Source: Planctomycetota bacterium (GTDB lineage Bacteria > Planctomycetota > Planctomycetia > Pirellulales > Pirellulaceae). From it: 52,976 bases of DNA. Below, in pieces: positions 9,117 through 17,632 of this stretch; position 1 is the stretch's first letter, and each line of letters begins with the position of its first letter. A program made the position numbers and the translations under genes. Below the pieces are notes generated by a model. It did not search any database and was not told the origin of the DNA. It saw only the letters and a program-made list of their open reading frames with translations. The stretch is taken from assembly GCA_036338455.1 (NCBI GenBank), contig JAYZCF010000155.1, positions 1 to 52,976 of the forward strand. The letters run 5' to 3'.

Positions 9117-10049
9117 ATGAGAGCGAAAACCAACAATTTCCGAGACGGTTTTACACTTGTCGAGCTTTTGGTCGTCATCGCCATCATTGGCATCCTGATC
9201 GGGATGCTGCTTCCCGCCGTGCAAATGGTGCGGGAATCTGCCCGTCGGGTCTCCTGCGTCAACAACCTGAAACAGCTTGGTCTGGCGATTCAAAGTTATG
9301 AAGGTGTCCATGAACAGATCCCCCCGGCGCGGGCCGCAGACCGTTTTTTGACATGGCCGGTTTACCTAACACCCTTCCTTGAAATGCAGAACTTCCAGGA
9401 CCGTTTGCAACTGGACCGACCATATGTCGACCAAGATCCGGAAATTTTACAGACCGCCATGCCGATGATGCTTTGCCCATCCCGACGAGCCGGCAATGAA
9501 GTCAGCTTGAGAGAAGTGGACGGCGAGCCGGTAGGGGCCGTCGGTGACTACGCCGGAAATGCCGGCACCTCCCAGTATTTCCCTTACGATGACTGGGCCA
9601 ACTTCGATGTACCTGTAGACGGAGTCATCAACTCCGGTTTTGAACAATTCAACCCAATCGTCGGAGGAAAGCTAACCCGTGGCGCCAAGAGCCGGTACAA
9701 ATTACGCGACGTCAGCGACGGGTTGAGTAACACCGTTTTCCTCGGTGAAAAAGCAGTCAACGAAGACTATCTCCAACAACCAGGGGGGTGGGGAGATGGT
9801 TGCATCTACAACGGAAATGAGCCGGGAACCTTTATGCGTCTTGGTGGATACGGCTTTCTGCTGGCAAGCACCAGGAATTTTGGGGCGCCTGGCCCGGGGG
9901 CCATCCCCGTCTGGGGCAGCGCTCATCCGCAGGTCGTCAATTTCGTCTTTGGAGATGGTCACGTCACCAACCTTTCCGTTTCCACCGATGAAGAGACATT
10001 GCGTCGTTTGTGTTCCCGCAATGACGGATTGGTCGTTGAAAGTAACTAA
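9117..10049 (+). CDS. DUF1559 prepilin-like protein (N-methylation motif plus H-X9-DG domain)
   Basis: G|[44 protein letters not shown], with C-terminal [12 protein letters not shown]. Confidence 0.93.
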   Translation: MRAKTNNFRDGFTLVELLVVIAIIGILIGMLLPAVQMVRESARRVSCVNNLKQLGLAIQSYEGVHEQIPPARAADRFLTWPVYLTPFLEMQNFQDRLQLDRPYVDQDPEILQTAMPMMLCPSRRAGNEVSLREVDGEPVGAVGDYAGNAGTSQYFPYDDWANFDVPVDGVINSGFEQFNPIVGGKLTRGAKSRYKLRDVSDGLSNTVFLGEKAVNEDYLQQPGGWGDGCIYNGNEPGTFMRLGGYGFLLASTRNFGAPGPGAIPVWGSAHPQVVNFVFGDGHVTNLSVSTDEETLRRLCSRNDGLVVESN

Positions 10050-10120
10050 GAACGAAAGTCCACCTTTGACACGTTTGCCAAGCGATTTGATTTACCCACC
10101 AGGAAGGTTCGTTTTTTACC

Positions 10121-11485
10121 ATGTTGCAGCGTGTCTTTTTTGCCGGAACCTCGGAAGAAGTGGGACACCATGCTGCGCCATTAGTCGAGCGGATGGCCGT
10201 CACACTGGCCGATCCCAGTGAAATCGTAACGGCTGCCCAACCCGGTGACCTCGTCCTCTTTTTCTCCGAGCATTTCGATCGCTTTCGAAACGCGTGCCGT
10301 CAGCTGAGTGAAAAAAACGTAGCCACCTTGTACTTGGTTGATGGAATTCTTGAGTGGAACAATGCTTGGGTGAACAGCCCGGAAGAGCCAGCCTGTCCCT
10401 ACACGATGCGTCCAGTGCTGTCCCATAAGGTTGCTTGTATTGGGGCTTCGCAGGCCAGGGTCATTGCCAGCTGGGGGAATGCTGACAAGGTAGAAGTCAC
10501 CGGGATCCCCCGCTTCGAGGTGCTGCAGGAGATAGAGAAGGCCCCTCCTGAAACGGATCGCTTCCGGATCTTGATTATGACGGCCAAATGCCCCGCTTTT
10601 ACTGAGGATCAACAGAAGCGTGTCCTCCAAAGCCTGCGGGATCTCAAACACTGGATTGAAGAAAACCGCACGTTGGCAGGTAAACGCATTGAAGTCTGTT
10701 GGCGACTGACGGGTAATCTGGAGCAGGCGCTTGATGTACCCAATGAACTGAGTGACCTGTCTGGCGTCGAGTTATCCTCCGTACTGCAACGTGTCGATGC
10801 GGTGATCTCGACCCCATCGACCGCCGCCCTTGAGGCCCAGGTGCTGGACATCCCCACGGCGATTTTGGACTACACCAACTCCCCCAAGTACGTTGCAAGT
10901 GCCTGGACGATTTCCGCCGCCTCCCACATTGAACAGGTTTTGCAGGAACTGGCCCAACCGGACGAAGCGAAGCAGGTCCTGCAAAGATACCTGCTGCAGG
11001 AGGCCCTCTATCAGGATCGGGAGGCATCCGCCACCGACCGTCTATGCCAATTGATTCAGGCAATGCTGGAGCAAGCGAGCCAATGCCTTGAGCGTGCCGA
11101 GAACCTGCAATTTCCATCGCAAATATTGCCTCTCCCCAAGTCCATCCTGGCCCATAGTATCGGTTTTGAGCATGGGGAACTGTTTCCGGATCGGCCTGAG
11201 TTCTCCCGGGCAAACCTGACCGAAGTCCAAGTGGAACTCGCACACAGTCGGCGAGAAATCGACCACCTCCATCGTGAAATCCGACAATTGCAGAGCGAAT
11301 TAGGTCAAGCCCACGAAATATTTGAACAGATTCAGAAACACCCAATCGCCGGACCTGTGGTCAGGGCACGGCAAAAATTATTGGACATGTTTTCTCAACT
11401 GAAAAAACCAAATCGTTCTGAGGCACGTAAATCCTCCATCGAAAAGAGCAGCTCCCACACCCATCAACCGAACGCGCAATCTTGA
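10121..11485 (+). CDS. Putative GT-B-fold surface-glycan biosynthesis protein with a C-terminal coiled coil
   Basis: VTGIPRFE and DAVISTPSTAALEA resemble motifs of the GT-B capsule/teichoic-acid transferase clan. Heptad-rich tail. Its stop overlaps the start of the next GT. Confidence 0.6.
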   Translation: MLQRVFFAGTSEEVGHHAAPLVERMAVTLADPSEIVTAAQPGDLVLFFSEHFDRFRNACRQLSEKNVATLYLVDGILEWNNAWVNSPEEPACPYTMRPVLSHKVACIGASQARVIASWGNADKVEVTGIPRFEVLQEIEKAPPETDRFRILIMTAKCPAFTEDQQKRVLQSLRDLKHWIEENRTLAGKRIEVCWRLTGNLEQALDVPNELSDLSGVELSSVLQRVDAVISTPSTAALEAQVLDIPTAILDYTNSPKYVASAWTISAASHIEQVLQELAQPDEAKQVLQRYLLQEALYQDREASATDRLCQLIQAMLEQASQCLERAENLQFPSQILPLPKSILAHSIGFEHGELFPDRPEFSRANLTEVQVELAHSRREIDHLHREIRQLQSELGQAHEIFEQIQKHPIAGPVVRARQKLLDMFSQLKKPNRSEARKSSIEKSSSHTHQPNAQS

Positions 11486-13473
11486 TCCAGAACACCTCGC
11501 TTCACCGTATGCCACTGACGTCGGAATCCCTTTCCGTGCCGGTGGTGCTGTGCGCTGCGGATGACCACTATGCCAAGTCGTTGACGGTGACGCTGCAGTC
11601 GGCTGCCGAACACCTGCGACCTGGTCATTCCTTACAAGTAGTCGTCATGGATGGTGGTATCAAGCCGGAGAACTGGCAGAGGATGAAAGAGTCCTTGGCA
11701 CGTTTCCCTGTCCAATTGAACATTATCCGGCCCGACCCTAAGATCCTGAACGGCCTGACAACCTCACATCACATTACACGAACCGCATATTTCCGATTGC
11801 TGGCCGGCAAGCTCCTGCCCGAAACGATTGATCGCGTAATCTACCTCGACTCGGACTTGTTGATTCAAGATGACCTCTCCTTGCTTTGGGAGATGGAAAT
11901 GGGTCACGAGTACTGCCTGGCCGTTCCGGATATCGCCTGCCCTCACGTCGACGCCCGAGAGGCAAACTGCAATTATCGCCGCTCCAATCCATACCTTGCC
12001 TCCCTGGCACCCGTCCCCAACTGGAGGGAGCTAAACCTGCAGGGTGCGGACTGGTATTTCAACAGCGGTGTGATGGTCTTAAATATCGACCGCTGGCGCC
12101 GCGAATCGATCGAACACCGACTCCTCCAATGTTTGCAGGACAATCGCAAACATGTCTGGTGCTGGGACCAATACGCGTTGAATGTAGTTTTTGCCGGGCA
12201 TTGGCGGGCCCTGCCGGCTCGCTGGAACCAAGGAGCCCATTTGTTCGATTACCCGGATGAAAATCATAGTCCGATCGATTCGGCCGAATTCATCGAAGCC
12301 CGGGATAACCCCGCCATCATTCACTACACCACCGAGTGGAAGCCTTGGCATTTCCACAATCGGCATCCTCACCGAGACCTGTTCTTCCAACAGTTGGATC
12401 AAACGGCATGGGCCGGTTGGCGACCAGAGCGCCCTCCTTTTCGTATCTCAGACAGTTGGAACCGAGCCGCCGTTCACCTGGTCAAATCGGCAACCACGAC
12501 ATTTCGCAAGGTCCGTTCAATCGGGAATCAGAATAACACAGCCCCCAGCCCGATAATCCCAAGGCGAAAGCCCGTCAGCTCCCAGCCGGCCGGTCAACTC
12601 GATGCTCAACCACTGGTCACACTGTTTGCGATCCCTAAAGCATTTACCGGGAAAAACTCGATCATTCAGGAAAATGCCATCCGCAGCTGGCGCAGCCTGG
12701 AACCGGTGGTCGAAATATTACTGATCGGGGATGATGCCGGCGTAGCAGAGGCAGCACAACGTTTGGGCGTCGGCCACGTCCCCGGCGTCGAAACAAACGA
12801 ACAGGGGACACCCTTGCTCAGTTCGGCCTTTCGACTGGCCGAGGAACACAGTCAGGCCCCGCTCTTAATGTACAGCAATTGCGACATCATCTATCTGGAT
12901 GATTTCATCACGACTTCTGAACAACTCGCTTCCCAGAATCGTCTTACCGAATACCTCGGTATCGGACGAAGAATCGACCTGCCGGTGGAGCACATGATTG
13001 ATTTCCAAAACAAGTCATCCGTGGAACAACTGGAACACCGCCTGTTGACCGAGGGGAAACCGGTAACAATCGTTTGCAAAGATTATTTCATCTTTCCCAA
13101 AGGTCTCTTTTCCGACCTCCCAAAGTTTGCCGTGGGTCGTGGGAATTGGGATAACTGGATGGTCCATACGGCCAAACAGAGGAATATTCCGGTGATTAAC
13201 CTGAGTCAAACACTGAGCGCAGTTCACCAGGAACATGACTACACTCACGCACAACAGAGTCGTCGTGAATGTTATGCCACGGGGGCAGAAGCCCGCCAAA
13301 ACCAGCAACTAGCGGGGGGAAGGCACCTCATATCGGGCAGCACTAGCACCTGGTTCCTGGGGAAAAATGGCCTCCAGCCCGCAAGGCCCGGTTTTACCAG
13401 TCGTGAGTTTTGGTTGGATATTCCACGGTTTGCCCATCTGTTGACAAGGTTGTTCCGCTCAAAATCGAAATAA
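11482..13473 (+). CDS. Two-domain glycosyltransferase: GT8 plus a second GT-A-like domain
   Basis: GT8 motifs YFRLL, YLDSDL, YFNSGVMV, DQYALN and IIHYT-WKPW. A Pro-rich linker follows, then a second domain (LFAIPKAF...QENAIRSW, NCDII, VGRGNWDNW, HQEHDY). The TTG start overlaps the upstream TGA; an alternative ATG is at 11509. Confidence 0.85.
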   Translation: MIQNTSLHRMPLTSESLSVPVVLCAADDHYAKSLTVTLQSAAEHLRPGHSLQVVVMDGGIKPENWQRMKESLARFPVQLNIIRPDPKILNGLTTSHHITRTAYFRLLAGKLLPETIDRVIYLDSDLLIQDDLSLLWEMEMGHEYCLAVPDIACPHVDAREANCNYRRSNPYLASLAPVPNWRELNLQGADWYFNSGVMVLNIDRWRRESIEHRLLQCLQDNRKHVWCWDQYALNVVFAGHWRALPARWNQGAHLFDYPDENHSPIDSAEFIEARDNPAIIHYTTEWKPWHFHNRHPHRDLFFQQLDQTAWAGWRPERPPFRISDSWNRAAVHLVKSATTTFRKVRSIGNQNNTAPSPIIPRRKPVSSQPAGQLDAQPLVTLFAIPKAFTGKNSIIQENAIRSWRSLEPVVEILLIGDDAGVAEAAQRLGVGHVPGVETNEQGTPLLSSAFRLAEEHSQAPLLMYSNCDIIYLDDFITTSEQLASQNRLTEYLGIGRRIDLPVEHMIDFQNKSSVEQLEHRLLTEGKPVTIVCKDYFIFPKGLFSDLPKFAVGRGNWDNWMVHTAKQRNIPVINLSQTLSAVHQEHDYTHAQQSRRECYATGAEARQNQQLAGGRHLISGSTSTWFLGKNGLQPARPGFTSREFWLDIPRFAHLLTRLFRSKSK

Positions 13474-13629
13474 ATCCTCAACCCTCTTGTTTCTTGACCA
13501 AACTTTAAACGCTCGATTTACAATGAGGAAGCCAGCGGCTCCTGCCGACCGATGATGAGTCTTACGAGCGACTCGATCCCATTTTCAATCCCATCCTGTT
13601 TTTTTACATCTCACCATTGATTTCACTCC

Positions 13630-14895
13630 ATGACCACCTACACTGCCATCATTGCCACGCTCTTTGTCGGGGCCTCGTTAGTCCACCTTGTGATCGCTTG
13701 TTACTTTCGCACGAAGATGGCATTGCATGTGCCTGAGCCCTACGCGGACCAAGACCTTGGGCTGGCCTCGATCATGCTTTCCATCCGAGGCTGTGACCCT
13801 GGACTTAAAAAAACACTCATCGAATTACTCAACCAGGAATATGACAATTACGAAGTTCATCTGATCGTCGATCACAAGAGTGACAGCGCATGGAACCTCG
13901 TCCACCAGATCAAGAGCGAATTTGACGTGGACAATCGTTTCAGGATCCACGAAATGCGCAAACCGCTCAAAACATGCGGCCTGAAATGCAGCTCTTTGCT
14001 CCAAGGCTTGAACAGCTTGCGCAACGATTCACGCTACCTGGTCCTGATTGACGCGGATGTCACGCCCCACTCCAAATGGTTGGGCCAGCTGATTGCTCCA
14101 TTGCAAGACAAGAAAATCGGTGTGGTAACCGGAAACCAATGGTATGAACCGGAAACTTCGTCCATCGGTTCGGCACTGCGAAGCTTGTGGAATGCCGGGG
14201 CCCTCGTTCCGACCGCCATCCTCAGCAATCCTTGGGCCGGTACGTTTGCCATGCGAATGGAGGATGTTCGCCGCGCCAAATTGCAAAAAATCTGGCGAAA
14301 ATCAATCGTGGATGACGGACCCATTCGAGAGGCTCTACAACCACTTGGTCTGTCAATTTATTTTTCCCCGTCTTTGATCATGGTCAATCGCGACCGTTGC
14401 ACGTTCAAATATGTAAATCGCTACGTATCGCGCATGCTAACCTGGTCCCGAATGTACGAAACAACATTTGTCAACACAGTCCTGCATGCGATGGTGACTT
14501 TTGGACTGCTGGGCGCCTGCTTGGTCGCTTTCCTGTTCTCATTGCTGAACCAGGATTGGAGCTCTGCCACGGTCGTGGGCTCCAGCCTGATGGCCGGACT
14601 GTTCATTACCAGCGTTTCCTACTTTGTCGTCCGAAACGCCGTAGCTCACTGCATCGGCTTGCGGGGCGAGAAACTCCGACGCCTGTCCATTAGTCGAGTT
14701 TTTCAGTTCGTTGTTTTGGCACCGATCGCCCAGTTGATCTACTGTGTCTCTTGCTTCCGGGCCGCCCTGACCCAGAAAATCCAATGGCGACAGATCACAT
14801 ACGAACTGAAGGGGAAATCAACGGTCAAGATGGTGCGTTATCGCCCATGGATTGCCAGCGAACCAGATCAGGTACGCTCCGAAGTCTCGATCTGA
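13630..14895 (+). CDS. Membrane GT2-fold glycosyltransferase, ceramide glucosyltransferase (GT21)/HpnI-like
   Basis: N-terminal TM helix, then SIRGCD, CGLK, IDAD, WAGTFA, VDD, RxxSRMLTW (QxxRW-like), C-terminal TM helices and the terminal IQWRQITY motif. Confidence 0.75.
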   Translation: MTTYTAIIATLFVGASLVHLVIACYFRTKMALHVPEPYADQDLGLASIMLSIRGCDPGLKKTLIELLNQEYDNYEVHLIVDHKSDSAWNLVHQIKSEFDVDNRFRIHEMRKPLKTCGLKCSSLLQGLNSLRNDSRYLVLIDADVTPHSKWLGQLIAPLQDKKIGVVTGNQWYEPETSSIGSALRSLWNAGALVPTAILSNPWAGTFAMRMEDVRRAKLQKIWRKSIVDDGPIREALQPLGLSIYFSPSLIMVNRDRCTFKYVNRYVSRMLTWSRMYETTFVNTVLHAMVTFGLLGACLVAFLFSLLNQDWSSATVVGSSLMAGLFITSVSYFVVRNAVAHCIGLRGEKLRRLSISRVFQFVVLAPIAQLIYCVSCFRAALTQKIQWRQITYELKGKSTVKMVRYRPWIASEPDQVRSEVSI

Positions 14896-15013
14896 GGCCG
14901 TCACCACGGCAACCTTCTCCCGCCAAGCAACGGCTTTCCCATCGACGGCCAATCTATATGACCAGGGTAGATCGCTCGAAGGGTTTCAGCATCACCTTCT
15001 GACTCGTCGACGC

Positions 15014-15031
15014 GCAGCCCAAGCGGGCTGC
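15014..15031. terminator. GC-rich hairpin in a convergent gap (possible terminator)
   Basis: GCAGCCC-AAGC-GGGCTGC between convergent genes; there is no clear U-tract. Confidence 0.3.
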
Positions 15032-15085
15032 CCGGCGCTGAAACGGGCCGCCGAAAAATTATCGGCCAACCCATTCGACACCGTT

Positions 15086-15988
15086 CTACTGGAACAGAAC
15101 GGCGGGGTCTGAAATTCCCGAAACCAGCATGGCAACCACCAGCAGCCCGAAACCGACTCCCTGAACCACCAAGAGGGCGATGAAAGAAAACAGGAGGTCT
15201 TTTGTCGGATGCGGCTTATTCATGTGGGCAAACAGGAAATAAATGAGAAGGGGGCTAAACAGAAATGAAACGATCCCCAACGGAAGACTGCTCGTATTTT
15301 TCGCCACACAAATAGAACCTTTGGCCGCCAAAACCAAAGCCACGACTCCTGTCAAGAAAAAACAAAACATGAAGAAAAGGAAGGGCACCACCATAGTGTC
15401 CAGAGTGAAAGAGAGGACGAAAGCCAGCAGAAAAAAAAGCAGCAGAAAACCAACTTTCAACCAACCCGCCTGGGGAGATTTCTTTTTACCTCCGGCGTCG
15501 AGCGGCTCGCCGAAACCGTCATCCTTATTCAGGTATGGGGCCAAGGGATCGGATTTTGTCTCAGTTTGTTTCGGCGCAGTAATTGCCGGATTCACGAACA
15601 CAGCAGAGTACTCTTCTTGCTCTGCTTGCTGCGACGCCTTTTCTTCGACTTCGGCTCTGTTTGCAGAGCCAGCAAAACCGGGGTCCTGAACCACATGGTT
15701 AGCCAGCGGATCAGCCGGTGAAATCGGGCCCCCAGCAAACAGATCCGGACGCGATTGGAGAGGGCCATCGACACCCAGTCTCGCCATTTCAGCACGCTGC
15801 TCTGGAGTGATCGTGCTGGTGGCCACCGCCGTGCCGGCTTTCCCTGCAGATTGGTCCGGCAACGCCTTTCGGGGCTTGCCCACCTGGAACCGCGCTTGAC
15901 ATGCCTTGCACTGAATCGGCTTGCCAATCATTTGATCTGGCAATTTAAACTTGGCATTGCATTTGGGGCAGGCAACAACGAGCGGCAT
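15086..15988 (-). CDS. Zinc-ribbon (MJ0042-like) domain membrane protein
   Basis: N-terminal CPKC-x17-CKAC, a low-complexity linker and about 4 C-terminal TM helices. Confidence 0.8.
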   Translation of the reverse strand: MPLVVACPKCNAKFKLPDQMIGKPIQCKACQARFQVGKPRKALPDQSAGKAGTAVATSTITPEQRAEMARLGVDGPLQSRPDLFAGGPISPADPLANHVVQDPGFAGSANRAEVEEKASQQAEQEEYSAVFVNPAITAPKQTETKSDPLAPYLNKDDGFGEPLDAGGKKKSPQAGWLKVGFLLLFFLLAFVLSFTLDTMVVPFLFFMFCFFLTGVVALVLAAKGSICVAKNTSSLPLGIVSFLFSPLLIYFLFAHMNKPHPTKDLLFSFIALLVVQGVGFGLLVVAMLVSGISDPAVLFQ

Positions 15989-16124
15989 CTGGTCTTACTC
16001 CCATGAATTCTTGCCGATCATTCGAAAACAAACATGATCGAGTCCGTTTCTTATTGTACTTCGCCAACGTCACGACGGCAGGTGTCTCAGCAAGCAACCG
16101 GCCAGGATTGAGCAGAAATTCCTC

Positions 16125-17147
16125 TCAAGGAACCATTGTATTGATTTCCCGGCCATCGGCCGTACCTAGGGCGCGCCAAACGGAGACGTCAATCGATTCG
16201 GAAACGAAATCCACCGATCCGTCCATCCGGACAATATTGACTCCCCCCGGATGAAAACTACGCGAAGTCACCGCAGCGTAGGTAGGCCGATTCATATCTC
16301 GACCTTCCTGTTGCGAATTGTAGTCAATGTCATAAACTCCGCCGTTGTAAGTGTAGCGAACTTCCGTGTTGGGAGAGTATACGGTGGTAAATCCGGAGTG
16401 GTGTACTCGACCGTCACACCAGACTGTGTGCCCACTATTGTTTGCCTTGTCGCCACCTAATTTCAATTCAACATCGGCAGGCGCGACCGATTCAAAATGG
16501 CTGGGTCCTGCGGGTAAACCTCCGTCCATTGACGAGTGGTTACGGATATAACTCGTGAACGACTTGACCTCCGCCGCCATGAGAGTTTGACTGGTCCCGT
16601 CAACCATGCTCGACATGCGGGTACCATGGGAAACGCGAAAGGCGCCATCCCCGGCCTTGCCCGATACCGGATCAAAAATAAACCAACTACCGAGATTGAA
16701 ACCGTAATTGGTAGAATGAACGTAGGGTTGGCCATTCTTGAATCGTAACCCGGCATGCGGATCACTGGGGCAGGAATAAACGGGCACTCCCAGCGGCGGC
16801 ACACCGCTATCTACCTGATCGTGCCAATCCCTTGTCAGGTCGATCAGGTCAGCAGCATTCGCCTGCTCCATCATCGGCAAGATCTTGCCATGAATGGACC
16901 AGGAACCTCGAACCGTCTCGGTCGCCGCTGTATCGAAACTGGTAGGAAACCTCTGCATCATCGATTCAAAATTATGAACCGCAATGCCGATTTGTCGCAG
17001 ATGATTGCCGCATTGCGTGCGCCTTGCGGCTTCGCGCACCATCTGCACGGCAGGCAATAACATCCCGACCAGAATTCCCACGATCGCGATTACTACCAGC
17101 AACTCAACCAGGGTAAATCCTCGACTTGATGGTTGGCGCTTGTTCAT
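16125..17147 (-). CDS. DUF1559 prepilin-like protein
   Basis: G|[42 protein letters not shown], with [18 protein letters not shown] (H-X9-DG). Confidence 0.93.
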   Translation of the reverse strand: MNKRQPSSRGFTLVELLVVIAIVGILVGMLLPAVQMVREAARRTQCGNHLRQIGIAVHNFESMMQRFPTSFDTAATETVRGSWSIHGKILPMMEQANAADLIDLTRDWHDQVDSGVPPLGVPVYSCPSDPHAGLRFKNGQPYVHSTNYGFNLGSWFIFDPVSGKAGDGAFRVSHGTRMSSMVDGTSQTLMAAEVKSFTSYIRNHSSMDGGLPAGPSHFESVAPADVELKLGGDKANNSGHTVWCDGRVHHSGFTTVYSPNTEVRYTYNGGVYDIDYNSQQEGRDMNRPTYAAVTSRSFHPGGVNIVRMDGSVDFVSESIDVSVWRALGTADGREINTMVP

Positions 17148-17409
17148 ACCTCAATTTTCTTCAAGTGCCCCTTCGGTTGCAAGGGACAGCCAGTTTTGCC
17201 AAGGTGAGAATCCACCATTTTGGTTCGATTTTAAGGGGAAAGACTGTTAGTCTGCCAAAGGCATCAAGGGACAAGCCACTTTCCCTGCAAACGGCGAATG
17301 CCCCCCAGCGCTGCGCGTTGACAGATCTTTGGCGGGAGGGTCCCCATCCAGCACTATTTTGCCTCCCCATGTGATGCGACATACCGACCTGTGGCTGTCC
17401 ATCTGGGCC

Positions 17410-17442
17410 TTGGAAAATTGGAATTAATTTCCGATTCTCCAA
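17410..17442. promoter_or_regulatory. 33-bp imperfect dyad, a candidate operator in the DUF1559/sucA divergent region
   Basis: TTGGAAAATTGGAA-TTAAT-TTCCGATTCTCCAA; the 14-bp arms are complementary at 12 of 14 positions. Confidence 0.35.
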
Positions 17443-17632
17443 TAGTTCTCGGATAGGAAACGGCGTGACAATTCGATAAGTTGGTGAGACCGGAAAACCG
17501 GATTCCTGGTCATTGTTATTGCCAACGTTCCGTTGTCCTGCAACGTGCCCATGTCGAACCTGGAACCGTTCGTATCTCTGACAAATTTCATGGACGAAGG
17601 CACGTCATTCTTGACATTGGCGCAAATCATAA

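Noticed and set aside
13494-13524. TTGACC...TACAAT promoter upstream of the GT21-like gene
   Set aside because: The 19-bp spacer is outside the usual range, so it was not called, although the -10 box may be real.
14896-15085. Several hairpins in the convergent gap as a possible ncRNA
   Set aside because: These short stems lie between converging genes and are adequately explained as termination or 3'-stability structures. They also show that hairpins are common in this genome's spacers, which tempers the other RNA candidates.
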